From Sarea resinae (taxonomy: Eukaryota): DNA of 46,685 bases. Made by a program: the position numbers and the translations under genes. The notes under the pieces were generated by a model that did not search any database, was not told the origin of the DNA, and was given only the letters and a program-made list of their open reading frames with translations. Of the stretch, positions 34,394-46,607 are shown piece after piece. The stretch lies in assembly GCA_026026165.1 (NCBI GenBank), contig JAPEUD010000116.1, positions 1-46,685 of the forward strand. The letters are read 5' to 3'. Numbering within the stretch: the first letter of the stretch is position 1; each line of letters starts with the position of its first letter.

Positions 34394-35215
34394 GGTGTTA
34401 GGCGTAACGTAGATGTGATTTGGAAAGCAGCTCTGGACGTCCTCTGGTCTTCAATATTGTCGTGAAAGATCTGGAATTGTGAATCATTACGGTGACCGGC
34501 ATGTCATACGGCGTGCGGGGTACTCAAAGACGTCGTTACGTTGTGCCTCTCGTTTGTTCGGCTACTGCCGATGGCTGTTCGATCTAGACCGAGCGACTTC
34601 CACCTCCAACGGTCTCGACAAAGCGTCGAGACCCCGAGACAGAAGTCTAGACCACTGTCATACTAACTGACTCGATTCAACGTCACTCTGTACTTGCGAT
34701 ATTGAGATGACATTCGGAAAAGCGCATGGGGGCATATCGAGGCAAATGGGCAGGTCCATCTAAAGGGACCTCTCAAGTCCGGACGACATAGCAATACAAG
34801 TATGTAGAGAGATGGCTCTAATGATGCCCCGGGTACTAGGCTCTCGCTATCCGAAGATGCAAAATCTATCTCAACTAGACTACGTGAACGTCAGGCAAGC
34901 CGCAAGGATCGAGCCGGTCGATCTCTTCGACAACCGGCATCTATTGGAATCAAAGTCGAATATACATTCTATACCCCGGGAACACCTTGGCAGACACCCA
35001 AAAAGTCCTAATCCCATCACTTGAAAAACAAATATAAGAAGTGAAATCGATGAATGCCTCTCCATATGGGTACCCCGAAAGAAAATCGTCCAAAATGGCC
35101 TCCCCCAAAATCTCGAGCCAAGCTAGAGGATTATTCCCTTATAACAAAATACACAATTCGAAGAAAGCTGGATAGATGCTATGATAGTCAATATGTAAAT
35201 GACAAAATGTTCCCG

Positions 35216-37432
35216 TCAGACTGGTCCGGCCCTCTGGAAAGGTGGAGCATATACTCGCTGTCGTTTAGCATCGTTTGCGATGTCGTTGGCCCCTGACATT
35301 TCTGATACATGTCTTCGATGGGTTCCTTGTCGCGCAGGCCCAAGTGGGGCCGTCGGAGAGGATTGATATGCCACATTGCCGTGTGGCATGCCTCCTCCAT
35401 CCATTGCGTACGATCCTCGGACTGCTTGCATGTACTCGTCCGTAACGCTGTGGGCGGAAGGCGAGACACCAGTATAGTGGCCGGGAGAGTGCCAGTTGTT
35501 ATTGACAGTCTGAGGGGATTTCCCATCCGATGTCTCCTCTTTCGTTGGCTGCCTCGTCGAACTCTGAGGTATATTCTGAATCTGAGGCTGGGCAACGGGT
35601 GTATCTACAGAATCAGAAGGCTTTTTGAGGTGTCCGAGGTGCTTCTCAAGCATATGCAAGAGGCCTTCTTTGGTAAACGGTTTCGGGAGTACGTCATTCA
35701 TGCCTGACTGAGTCAGTATCAAAATGTCAGATCGGAATGATCAAGCTTACCGTGCTGGAAATACATGGATATATCGTCGCTTCGGATATTCGAGGTCATT
35801 GCAATTATTGGCGTGTTGTCGAACTGGCGTATGAGATGGCAAGCAGAGACACCATCAAGGTTTGGCATTATTATGTCCATCAGTACTAGATCGTACTTTG
35901 AGCCTGCGTTCATCTTGTTGACCGCTTCGAGACCATCGAACTTGAGAGTTGTTAGCTGAGGCTAAACGATAAGGAGATGAATACATACAGCACTGTCAAT
36001 CGCGCAATGGAAGGAATATAAGAATTTCCCGCCAATTCTTCGACACGTGGGGTCATCTTCGACCAAGAGAATCTGTGGTGCCCGGATCCAGCCTGGGTCT
36101 ACTTGCGTGCTCTTTTTCCGACTGTCCGCGAACGTCCGTCGCAAGTCAGCATCAGTGACATCCTTGGTTGGTAATGGGTAGGGAATATTGTGTATATGCT
36201 CGCTGTACATGGGATCGATGCCGTTTGTTTGTCCCGCCGGGTAGACGACATTATCGGGAAGATCGTTGGTCATTTTCGGATATGCAATCGGATTGCCCAT
36301 TCCTGCGGAGGTGGGCTCCCGGGACATTCTTGATCCTACTCGGCTGGCTGAGTCTGGAGGCGGAGTGTTGACAGTTCCATTGATACGCATCTGCATTTCG
36401 TTCATGTGCTCCAGATTCCGCTGGTTTATCAGGACGTCCGCACTTGAAGTGTTGAGTAGTTTCGAAGCGTGTTGAAGAGGTGACGCTGGCTCGTCGTTCA
36501 TTGATGAGATCTGTTGTGCTGAAGCATCGACAGCTCCCGACGTTTGGGGGGCTTCTCCAGGACGCGGAAAAGGAGCGCCCCCGACTCGGCTGTCTCGTCT
36601 TTGACGTGCATCGACCGTGTGCAAGAAGCTCATGACATTTTGCATGACATGTTCATGATTGACGAGGGTCTTTTGAACGCCCATCAACTCTTGTAACAAC
36701 ATCGAATGGTGGATGCTGAGCTCGTTGTACCGCTCCTGCAGTGATTGTAGCTGTTGCTGCGTTGCGACCAATTGGCTATTGACCATGTCGATCTGTTCTG
36801 TTGGCACCAACTCCTCGGCAGTCGCCGCTGGTTTTCGTGGTGCTGGTGCTTTTCTCCGAATATTGTCTAGGGATTCTTTGTTGTTCGCTTTGAATTCTGG
36901 ATGTTTGAACTCCCATGCCTGCCCCAATTTTAGCGCCCGACTCGCCGAGATCAAAAGGCTCAACCTACCCCAGGGCCATATGGCGATTGTCCATTCTCCT
37001 CGTTGTTGTGTCGCACTTTGTGGAAGTCATATTTGTTCAATTGCCGGACAAAACTTGCGAAGTTGCTGTGCTTGAAATGTTTCGGTAGAATCGACTTCGT
37101 AAATTTTTCGTTCTGCGGATGCCATTAGATTGAAAGCTCGTCCAGCGATTCCGAATGGAATGAACGCACTTCTAAAACGACAAAACTGTCCCCTTCATTA
37201 CCCCATCGGACAACCTGTTCGTAGCTCGGATCCTCCAGCATTCTGGTTGTTGCGCCATCGGTTAGCAGACCGCGTTTAAAGGCGGTAGAGAAATTGCGAG
37301 TCGAACGTACTTGTACAATTTTCGAACCTGGTGTCTTGTATCAGTATCAGATCAAAAAACTTGGTGGATCCAACTCACAAAGTCGCTGGAATTGTTCGCG
37401 GACGAGCTTCCATTCTGACTACTGTTCTCCAT
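35216..37432 (-). CDS. SKN7: HSF-type DNA-binding response regulator Skn7/SrrA/Prr1, 7 exons (37379-37432, 37311-37327, 37170-37242, 36969-37112, 35989-36918, 35751-35940, 35216-35703)
   Basis: [37 protein letters not shown] domain, coiled coil, receiver domain [42 protein letters not shown]. Confidence 0.96.
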
Positions 37433-40400
37433 GGCGACAAGGGCGGTTGCCAGGCGATCGCAGCAGTCAGAGAAGGCAAAGGTCGAGGGCCACGGTGAGT
37501 TGGACGACCGGGCGCGAGTCTTTCCAAGTCTTCCAACGTCGATGTCGTTTCGTATAGACGATAAGTGGCCAGCCAGAGAAAATTCAACGGTCGCGGCCCC
37601 GGGTTCCTGGGCTGAAGGATTGACCGTGCGACAACCTTCTCTTGTTTTTTGGGGGTGGTGGTTTTGCGCCGGAGTAGCAGAATGCGCTCGAGTCAGAACG
37701 ACGTCAAATAAGGCTATGGGTAGGTCTCAAGGCCGGGTATGTGCATTTGATGGGCCAGAATGGGGATCAACGGTGGATGTAAAGGGCCAGAACATCTATC
37801 GGCCATGGACGTTAAGTCTGGTCCAAGATGTGGTGGAATGGACTGCAAGATGCCGGGGCAGAGGCTTCCTAGGTCGAAAATGGCACGCAATGGGCTCGGC
37901 TGTTATACCCTCCTTGGGGCAGTGGAGCAATGATGAGTTGGGGTGTGAGTGGGCGAGTGGGTGCCAGTGGGTGCCAGGGAACGAGGGCGGAGAGGGGACC
38001 GGGGGGGGGGCGGGCGAAGAGAAGAGAACGGAGAGGGCGGACCACGGACCACCTTTTAGTCTCTGGAACGGGCAGAATAATGAGCGCTGGAGGGATGATG
38101 AAGTGTTACATAGTAAGGTACCGCAGGAGGAAGAGAGCGGATAGCGGATAGCGGATAGCATCCCGTAGTAGCAGAACTGTAGCACGACCGGAGGCTGCAG
38201 CAGAGGAGGTCGTACCAAGCACACACCGTCCATACCTCCTCCACGCCTCCTTGACAGTAGTCTGGATACGCGTGGGACAAGTAGATGGGAGGTCGTCCAA
38301 TGCTCTGGTGCTGCTGGCCAGGCTGGGTACACTCTACCCCATGGCAAGGTAGCTGCGACTGGACCGAGACCTCGTTCTGGTCAAAACGTTTAGGGGACTG
38401 ACTCCTCCCTACACCTGCAAGTACCTGCTCAACACGTACTTGGGGTCTGCCAAGGGATGGCGTTGGAACGGACGGCACGAGTCAGCCGAGGATACGTTGC
38501 TCGAAGAACCTCTACCTGAGTCGCGCCCTCGAGGTACCTACTCTTCTGGGAACTCTCCATCATCGTGATCATCATCGCACTCGCTCATCACCCACTCACG
38601 ACCGCCTACCCAATTGCGAGAGGGACTGGATGGGCCCTGGAGTAGATCGGGTGTGGGGATGAGATGGCAGTACGAAGCCCCATGGTACTAGGCACGTACA
38701 TTGTACATGGAGACATGTCAACCTGGAGATCCCCAAGAAGACACACTGCGAGAGCAAGACCATCACGGCTCTTACCTCTCCGGATCTACAGGCTACGGGG
38801 TACTTTATCCAGTCCGCCATGGTATCGTTGCTCGTTTCTCCAGACCAGACAGATCTGTTGACCGAGACCGGGAGATCTCTCGAGCTGACACGGACCCGGT
38901 TCGTAAGTCATTGCCTCATCTCCCGACCCTTGGCTCTCTAACGAGGGATCGGCCTGGGAGAATCCTTAGAGTGGCTGGAGAGTGGTTGATCCAAGGGGTG
39001 AGGCGAGCTGTGAAATGTATTCAGTATTCGACGGCGGCATCTACGAAGTACGCTTTCCTCATTCTTGCCTCCTTCCTCTTATGTCCTGCATGGATGCAAG
39101 TCTGTCTTGAATTCTTGTTCCTTGGTCTCCACCGCATGCTCTGGATTGACGAGGGATCGCTGCCGAGTGCTGCGGGAACGTAAAGACGGTAAAGCTGGGG
39201 TATTTGCAATTGTTTTTGCCACGACGGCCCGCGTTTGCTCTGCTTCACGTCCCATCGTCGCTCGCTCGGTGGTCCGAGATACGTCAGCATGTCTCTCTCC
39301 TGTCTCCTCCCTGGTGGCATTCTCGTCCTTCTGCTTATCTTTGCTCGTCGAGAATTAATCACAGGGCCGCAGTCTTGCCTCTGTATCGTTCGTATTCATC
39401 CGACCCTCCTGCCATGACAGGCTGGACGGAAGAAAGAGAGAGATGGGGAGCAGATAGATTAAAGACGTCGTCTAGGTCTTCATGCAATTGTAATGGCGAT
39501 CATCGACAACAACAGACGCATCGACGATGCTGATTGGCGACATCCTTCGTCTTACAGACCGGGGGAGAGCGAGGAAGATGCCGCATCTCTCGAACAAGCG
39601 ATAGAGCAGAGTGCAGTAGAAGTACAATGGGAAAAAGCAAAAGTAATGGGAGGCATCGCCTGCGTCAAACTCTAAAAGATCCGACCATACGTAGAGGAGC
39701 AAGTCGTTATGCGCACGTCGTACACGAGGAAGCACGGCATCAATACGTGCGCAGTACCCCGTACTCCCTATTTAAAGGTCATCGTCTATGGGTACGAAGA
39801 GTATTCATAGGATAGAGTCGTGGTAGGGTATGGATGGATGGGATATTAGGTACCAGATATCAGATATTAACCTACTGTGTGATGATATCAGCATCTGCGG
39901 ATCCGCGATGGCTGAAAGTAGGTGCACTGGACATGGTCATTGCAGGCTGCAGCCGGTGCAGCCAATGCAGCCAATGCAGCCACACGCCGCCAACACCTTG
40001 AAGCGAATTGCCATGTGCTCGACTGGCCGCCTCCGTCCCAGGCCACCCTCCCCATTCTGCGCCCTTTCCTGCACCATCCTCCTCCAGCTCGCACCAAGCC
40101 AAGCCGATATTGCCCAAAATGGCCGGCGGCGTTTTTTTGGCGAACGACTTATCGTCAACTGGTGGTAGTGCTATCTCTGCTCACGTCCTGCCAAGAAATG
40201 ACACAGAATACGATCTGGGGATGTCGGTCAGGGCTGTGTGATGTAGCGGGGAGGATGCAAGATCGCAGCAAATAGGTGCCTACTATCGCTGGCGGAACGG
40301 GATGTCTACCTCACTCCTTCTTATAAGATCAACATGTCGAGGTATCCATGATGCTGTCATCGTCGTAGCTGCTACACCTCTATTCGAGCCCAAAGCCACG

Positions 40401-40760
40401 CAAGAGTCCCTAGAAGCTCAGGATCGATAGGGCCAAGCTTGTAACTTTGCTGTTGGAGTAGTCAGGCTTGCGAGCGGTCAACAGCCTTATCGATCAGATG
40501 AGTTAGCTAATTGGAAGGATATTGCCTGAATAGACGATCGCTGGGTAACTGGGAAGACCGTCTTATCCCGGTATGCCCGATCAGACGCTTTCACAACGTA
40601 GTTGGATTGGAAGATGCATACTAGTACCAGGGAATTTGTGCAAGCCGTGTCGACCTGAAGGATGTGAGAACTGGCGAATCAGGTCACGGTTGTGGGGATC
40701 TGAGCTTGCAATTGACTCGTTTAGTTCATACAACTCCTTTAGGCCTCGTTTCACAATGAG

Positions 40761-40848
40761 TCTTCGATGGTCTAGTGGTGATGATTTCCGCTTGTCATCT
40801 TCTTAGGTACGAGCGCGGGAGACCGGGGTTCGATTCCCCGTCGGAGAG
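40761..40848 (+). tRNA. tRNA-Asp(GTC) with 16-nt intron (40798-40813)
   Basis: Acceptor stem TCTTCGA/TCGGAGA plus G73, anticodon arm TCCGC-TTGTCA^C-GCGGG, T-arm CGGGG-TTCGATT-CCCCG, T6 Pol III terminator at 40851-40856. Confidence 0.95.
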
Positions 40849-41136
40849 AATTTTTTGGAGTTCGAGAAATTGTGGGCGGCTCTGAAGGGAAGATTTGAAT
40901 GCAAAATGCAAAGGCAAAATACCTACGAAATGGCAAATGCACAATGCTAGGGCAAGCACATAGATGTGCAGGAACTACATAATACTTCCCTCTGCTACTA
41001 CGTACTTCACTTATCTAGGAAATTCAAAAATTGTTGAGAAAGATAAGGTAAAAATGAATAGATAGTAGTAGGAAACACATTGAGCATAAGGCAGGTACAG
41101 AGGAGTAATAACACGGTTTTTCGAGCTCTAAAAAAT

Positions 41137-41215
41137 CTCTCCGACGGGGAATCGAACCCCGGTCTCCCGCTCTCACCACCTTGAAGGTTGGCAAGCGGAA
41201 ATGATGACTACTGTA
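41137..41215 (-). pseudogene. Degenerate tRNA-Asp-derived copy, anticodon GCC, 5' acceptor strand missing
   Basis: 3' exon from GCGGGAG onward identical to the 40761 gene; diverged intron and D-arm; no TCTTCGA-like 5' end. Confidence 0.8.
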
Positions 41216-41678
41216 TTGACTTTCGCTTGTCACCATAAATTAAGACTTTCCTAAATCCTAATACTAAAATATGTATTTACATTTCTCAACAGCTTCTAAA
41301 TTCTGTACTCTATAGCTTCTAGATTTATACTTAATACAACTAAATACACAGTACAGTAATCTGTCAACACTACTACGACTTGTTCTCCCTACGATAAGGA
41401 AAATTCAAGACTATATACTGAAGAAGATAGCCATTCAAATTTTGGGCGCCATTCATGGATGCTAGAGGCAGTAATCTAGGGGGCCATAGAGACCAAGTAT
41501 GCAATTGGTTTTCGCCTTCAGCCCGAGGCTCGGGCTCCACACGGATCTCTGGGCGTGGTAGAGACCAGTAGTGCACCGCATTCAAACACCAAATTTTGGC
41601 CGCTCTTCCCCGTACTCTAATAGTAAGATATTCGTGAATCTTTTCACGAGTACATACCCTCACCCGCCGCAACGCATC

Positions 41679-42788
41679 ATGGCACTCTGCGCTCGACGGG
41701 GGGCAGTTGCTTTCTTCCAATTCCCCGCGCCCTCCTCGATATGCATCCGCTCCTTCTCCACCAGCCCCAGGGTCTTCGCTGCCGTCAGAGGCGACACCCA
41801 ATTACCGCAGCAACGGCAGCCGGCGGAGCGCAGCTTCAAGATCGCGATGAAGGAGATGGAGAGGGATGCGTCACAGCTGCCTAACGATCTGGGGCTATTG
41901 CCTGGTATGTAGTATACTCTGAAGCGGGAGCTCAAATGCACGAGGAAGACGTTAGCATTGACATATCTCGTGGTTCTAGACACATTCGTCCCCCCCACTG
42001 GCCAGAATCGCATAGACTTTATAAATAATCCAAAATACCTCCCGACCTTGGTGTGGTTGCGGGTAAAAAATTTATGGCAGAATTATTTCAGGTCTGTCCT
42101 CTATGTCGAATCGCGACAACGGTTTACTGTTGAATTATGTCGTTGTCCGATTCTACATCTCTGCGCGTCCCAACAGAGCTGACTGCGGTCTCTGCACATA
42201 GCTTGATACTGGCAAGAATATTCATACAAAAAAATCTGAAGCTGCAATTTCTGAAGACGAAGCCGACCGCCGTGGACTTGCATCGCCAGATGTACACTGC
42301 TTTCGCCGAGTGAGAGCTCCTTTCCAGCGCTCATGTCTCTGCTGCGCACCTTCTACCCCAACGGTCCACTGACCAAGAGTTACAGAGGTAACACTGCGCT
42401 ACTGCGCCGTATCTGCGCCGACGGTCTATTCGAGTCCTTCAGCGCGCGCATCGCCGCACGAAAGAGAACTGGCCTGCGCTGGACTCTGCATAAATACAAT
42501 CGGGGCGTACGCTGTGTCTCGGACCGCTACACGCAACTCCCCATCGAGGGCGCTGGAATCCGACAAGCAGTTGTCCGTATACCATCACGGCAAAGCCTGA
42601 CAAAATTGGCGGCGGACGGCACGACAGTACCAGGATCCGGGAGGGAGAGGAACTTGGTCGAATATGTCGTCATCCAAAAGAGAATCATAAAAGGCAAGGA
42701 TGAGCCATGGATGGTCTGGGGCACGACGGAAGAGACGACATTGAAGACAGTGCATGAAGAGGAGAGGCAGAAGAAGCTCGGAATGTAG
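41679..42788 (+). CDS. Mitochondrial Tim44-like domain protein (Mba1 / mL45 family), 4 exons (41679-41904, 41980-42091, 42202-42309, 42386-42788)
   Basis: Presequence ..RSFSTSPR, LPNDLGLLPDTFV, LHRQMYTAFAEGN..LRRICADGL, RQAVVRIPSRQSL, EYVVIQKR..WMVWGTTEET. Confidence 0.82.
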
Positions 42789-44761
42789 TACAATAGGGGC
42801 CCCACCTTTCGAAGACGGCAAACTGGGCGTGTATCACTGCTGTATAGTAAGAGCATTCGCATCGCATCGTGCTTGGAGTTCTAGGGCGGCAGATGGTCTT
42901 CGTTTCAAGTTCTCCACGAGGCTGCCCTCTCGTTGAGTCTCCTATCAGATGTTCCTACATCATGCAGTGCGGAATGCGACATTCCGGAGTACTGTTCGCA
43001 AATTGTCAGTTGCCCAAAACGTGGATATGGCAATTAGCAATTCGCCACATGTATATTGTATCCATACCAGGTAGATTTTGGATTGGGCAATTAGCGGTTC
43101 GCGAATTACTACTACCGGCTCCGGTCGTCATTTGCACTAAGAGCAGGCTCGAGATATTGCTTCTTTCGGCCATCGACCGGCTCAGAGCCCAGTGATAGCC
43201 GCAGGTGATGCTTTCGCTAACCATATTTGCCTCTGTGGAAGGGCTGAAGAGGCGGGAGGTCAGTATTGTGCACCAACGATATGTCATGGCCGTCGGGCTT
43301 GAAATAGAAATAAGACAGTGCGTTCTGGTACTCGCCGAGTACTCGAGATCGCAGCGTCTCTTGATGCTGGAATGGCTCGTGTTCTGGGAAGGGCGTCTCT
43401 AGATGTTCGGATAGCTCCATGTTCAGAAGGACTGTTTCAAAGGATTTGTTGTGGCCGCTGTCAGATAATCGTCGGCACATTTTGTCGAGCAAATTGTCCA
43501 GTCAATTTTCAGGATCAGTTTGGAAGTACAGGAGGACCAGAACAGACTTTGACTGTACTTGCTCATTCATTAATTTCGAAGGGATACTAGGTTTTGCATA
43601 TGGGAAATGTGCTATGCCTTGCTGGGAAAATGAAGGTCTTTGTTTATATCAGGTTGACATGTGTGCTCGGCGCGAGGCCATTGACAGAGTAGGTACGAAT
43701 CACAAGCCACGAACTTAGGAGTAGACCCCGCCATCTCCAGACGAAGCTAGAGGCTTTCGCCATGCTAATTTAGTTCTCCTCTTTAAACGGCAGTGATTGC
43801 TCCTGAGATCTAACACTGAATTGCTAGGAAACAATGTTCTGAGTATTAAGAATCGTACACATCAGGCATATCTAGGCTTTAACTCTGGAATGAAGACTTC
43901 AATATACTTCCCTTGCTCTCTGGCCAAAGAGAGAGTAAGTTTATCAGCCAAAGTAAATTTATATGCAGGCTTTAGCGTGGCGAAAGCCTCTGAACCGCAC
44001 GAGTAAAGCGTTCAACCTTTGTACATCAGATCCCTGCAGTCCCTGGACGAAACCCTGTGTGCGGTGGGACAACACGATGACTAGAGAAAGATGGCGGCTG
44101 AAAGAGAACCGGTCAAGATTGTTACTTACTACAACAATGGAACCAGTAGGGAGGAGGCAGGGAAAATATTGAAAGTTTAGGGAGGTTCCGCACATAGTTT
44201 GTACGAAGTAGGCGACTGCCTAAATTTCATTTCACAAAGTTTCTGACAAAGACTACCTTGGCTTTATGACCAACGGGTGGCTCAAGATCACAGCACCGAT
44301 TCCAGACGACCGAGCAATGATGAGATATGTCTGGTTTACATGGCACAAATTTGAGAGTCATGAAATTGGAATGACAATCCGCAGATGCATGATCAAAGTA
44401 GAATCACCGTACTTACTTGCTGCCGGCTAGAATCACTCCTTCGCTCTCAACCAGGGTGATAGAGTCTCCATAGGATTCGTCTTCTTCCCCATTCATGCCA
44501 CAGGCAACGAGGGCCTTAAGGTAGCGAGTGATAATCTGCATATTTCTCTAGAGCAATTGAGAAGGGGCCGTGTAAAGGCATTTCGCACAAGCTCAACTTT
44601 TGTCCCTTTTGAAAGAAGATATACATATAGAGGGCTCATCTTGTCCTATAGCAGTAGCACTCATACTCATGTTGTCAGTCTTTCCGAGATGCAAGTCTAT
44701 TCCTGATTGAAAGACTATTGCAGTATAACTGCGCGGATAAATTCCGTGGGGGTTGGTGAAC

Positions 44762-44898
44762 CCCTGTATCCTCAGTCCGCGTTCTGAGGAAACAGGGATT
44801 AAGACCTCCGGCTGTGTGATAGATCCCAGTATCCTCAGTCCGCAGACTTAATCCCAGTATCCTCAGTCTGCGGACTGAGGATACTGGGATTAAGACCT
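44762..44898. repeat. Cluster of nested palindromic repeats
   Basis: Perfect 22-bp arms 44847-44868 / 44873-44894, an extra arm at 44823-44848 and a degenerate hairpin at 44762-44797. Confidence 0.9.
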
Positions 44899-46607
44899 GT
44901 CAACCTAGGGTTTTAGTCAATAACATGCAGGTGGTTGAATAGTGTGAACTCCAACTCCTCTTTCTTACAACTACTCACACGCCTCCTATTATGTCTATTG
45001 ACGCAATAGACCCAGCCTTGACTGTTCTAGAGAGGCAACTCTAGGGAAAGCAGAGGAGACCTGAGATCTGCACTGTTTTCCGAAGGAGATTTTCCTAGCT
45101 GTTTACAATGGTTTCGATAAAATTCTCAAATTTCCAACAACGGTTGGCGTTAGCCATTTGTCTATCAAGCTCTTCAAGCTCCACCGCTCAGCTCCTTCTC
45201 CCCAGGCAAGGACGCAGGGATCGCTCGAGAGAAGATGCAGCTTCCATGAGGGTAGGCACAGGGGCTGGGCGTACGTGCAGCGATATATACAGTTGATTTT
45301 CAGTATATATATCAGTAGAACGCGTTCTCTTTCTACGAACTTTTCTATCGGCAGGTTGATGGATTTGAATATATTGAGGCGGTGAGTTGAGATACGGGTT
45401 CAATGATAAATCGGGCTCTTTGCTAATAACTCTATAGGTCTATACGATAATATTAGATCACATCTGCCGTCTCTACTACCTCCTGCACTATCTGCGCAAC
45501 GTTCGCCAGCTCATTCACGTCCGCCGCGTGCTCCACGTTCTCCACCTCTTCAATCTTCTCGACCTCCTTTGAAATCAATCCTTCAAAGGGTCTCCCCTCG
45601 TCAGAAACCCTATCGACCATTGGTGGGATAACATATATTACGTGCCGCCGAGTCGTGAAAACTTCGTGTATGACGAATAGATTGCAATAGCGGCGGAACC
45701 TGTCAGATTGTCTGAGACACCTCTTGACTATTTGAGATTGTCGTTTTTCTCGTCTGATCACGATGTAAGTCGCCCAAAACACATTCCAACAGTCCTCTAA
45801 CACGTCCTAGATAGATAGCAGTCACCATTCGATTGACTTCAAAATTCTGATCTCGGACACTTTGTAACTCCCGCGAAATCACCAATGTTCTGCGGCTTTA
45901 ATGCAAGGTCCCTTTGGTAGCAAGTAGTAGGTCTAGCTGCGATTTTCATTGGAGAATCTTGGATAGCGACCATGCCTTCTATCTCGATAAACTTTTCAGT
46001 GAGACAGAGTCAGCGTTTCCAACAACCAATTATAGGGGAAGTGAGTTTCAAGATCACTTGGGGCAATTCTGAACGCCTCTCTCGATGCTATTTGTTAGTT
46101 TTTTTCACTCCACGCCCTTGGCTATTACGATTCAATCTACTGGTCTGAGAACTTGGTTTCTACACTGAGTATTGTTGAAAGAGTAGCAGTCTACTATAGT
46201 ATATAAGTGCTTACAATTTCGCCTTTGCTTATTACGAGTATTTCTGACTGGCAAGGCGCGGCCCAGCTCCTCGTCAATTATGATATTGTGATTAGCCTTT
46301 ACCAATGTTTCACTTCAAGCCAGTCAGCTCCATCGCATTGCCGTCCTGTCAACTACAGTGACGCTCGGCTCCACCCAGACGATATTCGGCGGCCAAGTTT
46401 TCCCACCTATCAATTGTGATCAAATGATTACAGCCGAATGCAGTCAATCGAGCTCCGCGCGGAGCCACTACGACCAAATGTGGCTGGCAAGGCGTGGCCA
46501 AACTGATGAAAAGGGAATCACCTGATCGGCATTACTAGAAAAAAAAAAGAATGGAGCATTTGGCTGGCATTGAGAGCATGCAATTCCTCGAAATGCAAAA
46601 AACAAAT

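Noticed and set aside
37311..37327. 17-nt micro-exon in SKN7
   Set aside because: Real, but very short exons are common in filamentous ascomycete genes; no sign of unusual function
37431..38144. 237-aa plus-strand ORF starting at the SKN7 start region
   Set aside because: Antisense to the SKN7 leader/promoter, Trp/Gly/Arg-rich composition typical of non-coding G-rich DNA, no domain
45804..46043. In-frame stops as evidence of RIP, readthrough or A-to-I editing
   Set aside because: Five stops in 80 codons is about the random expectation, and any stop can be derived from C-to-T, so this is uninformative
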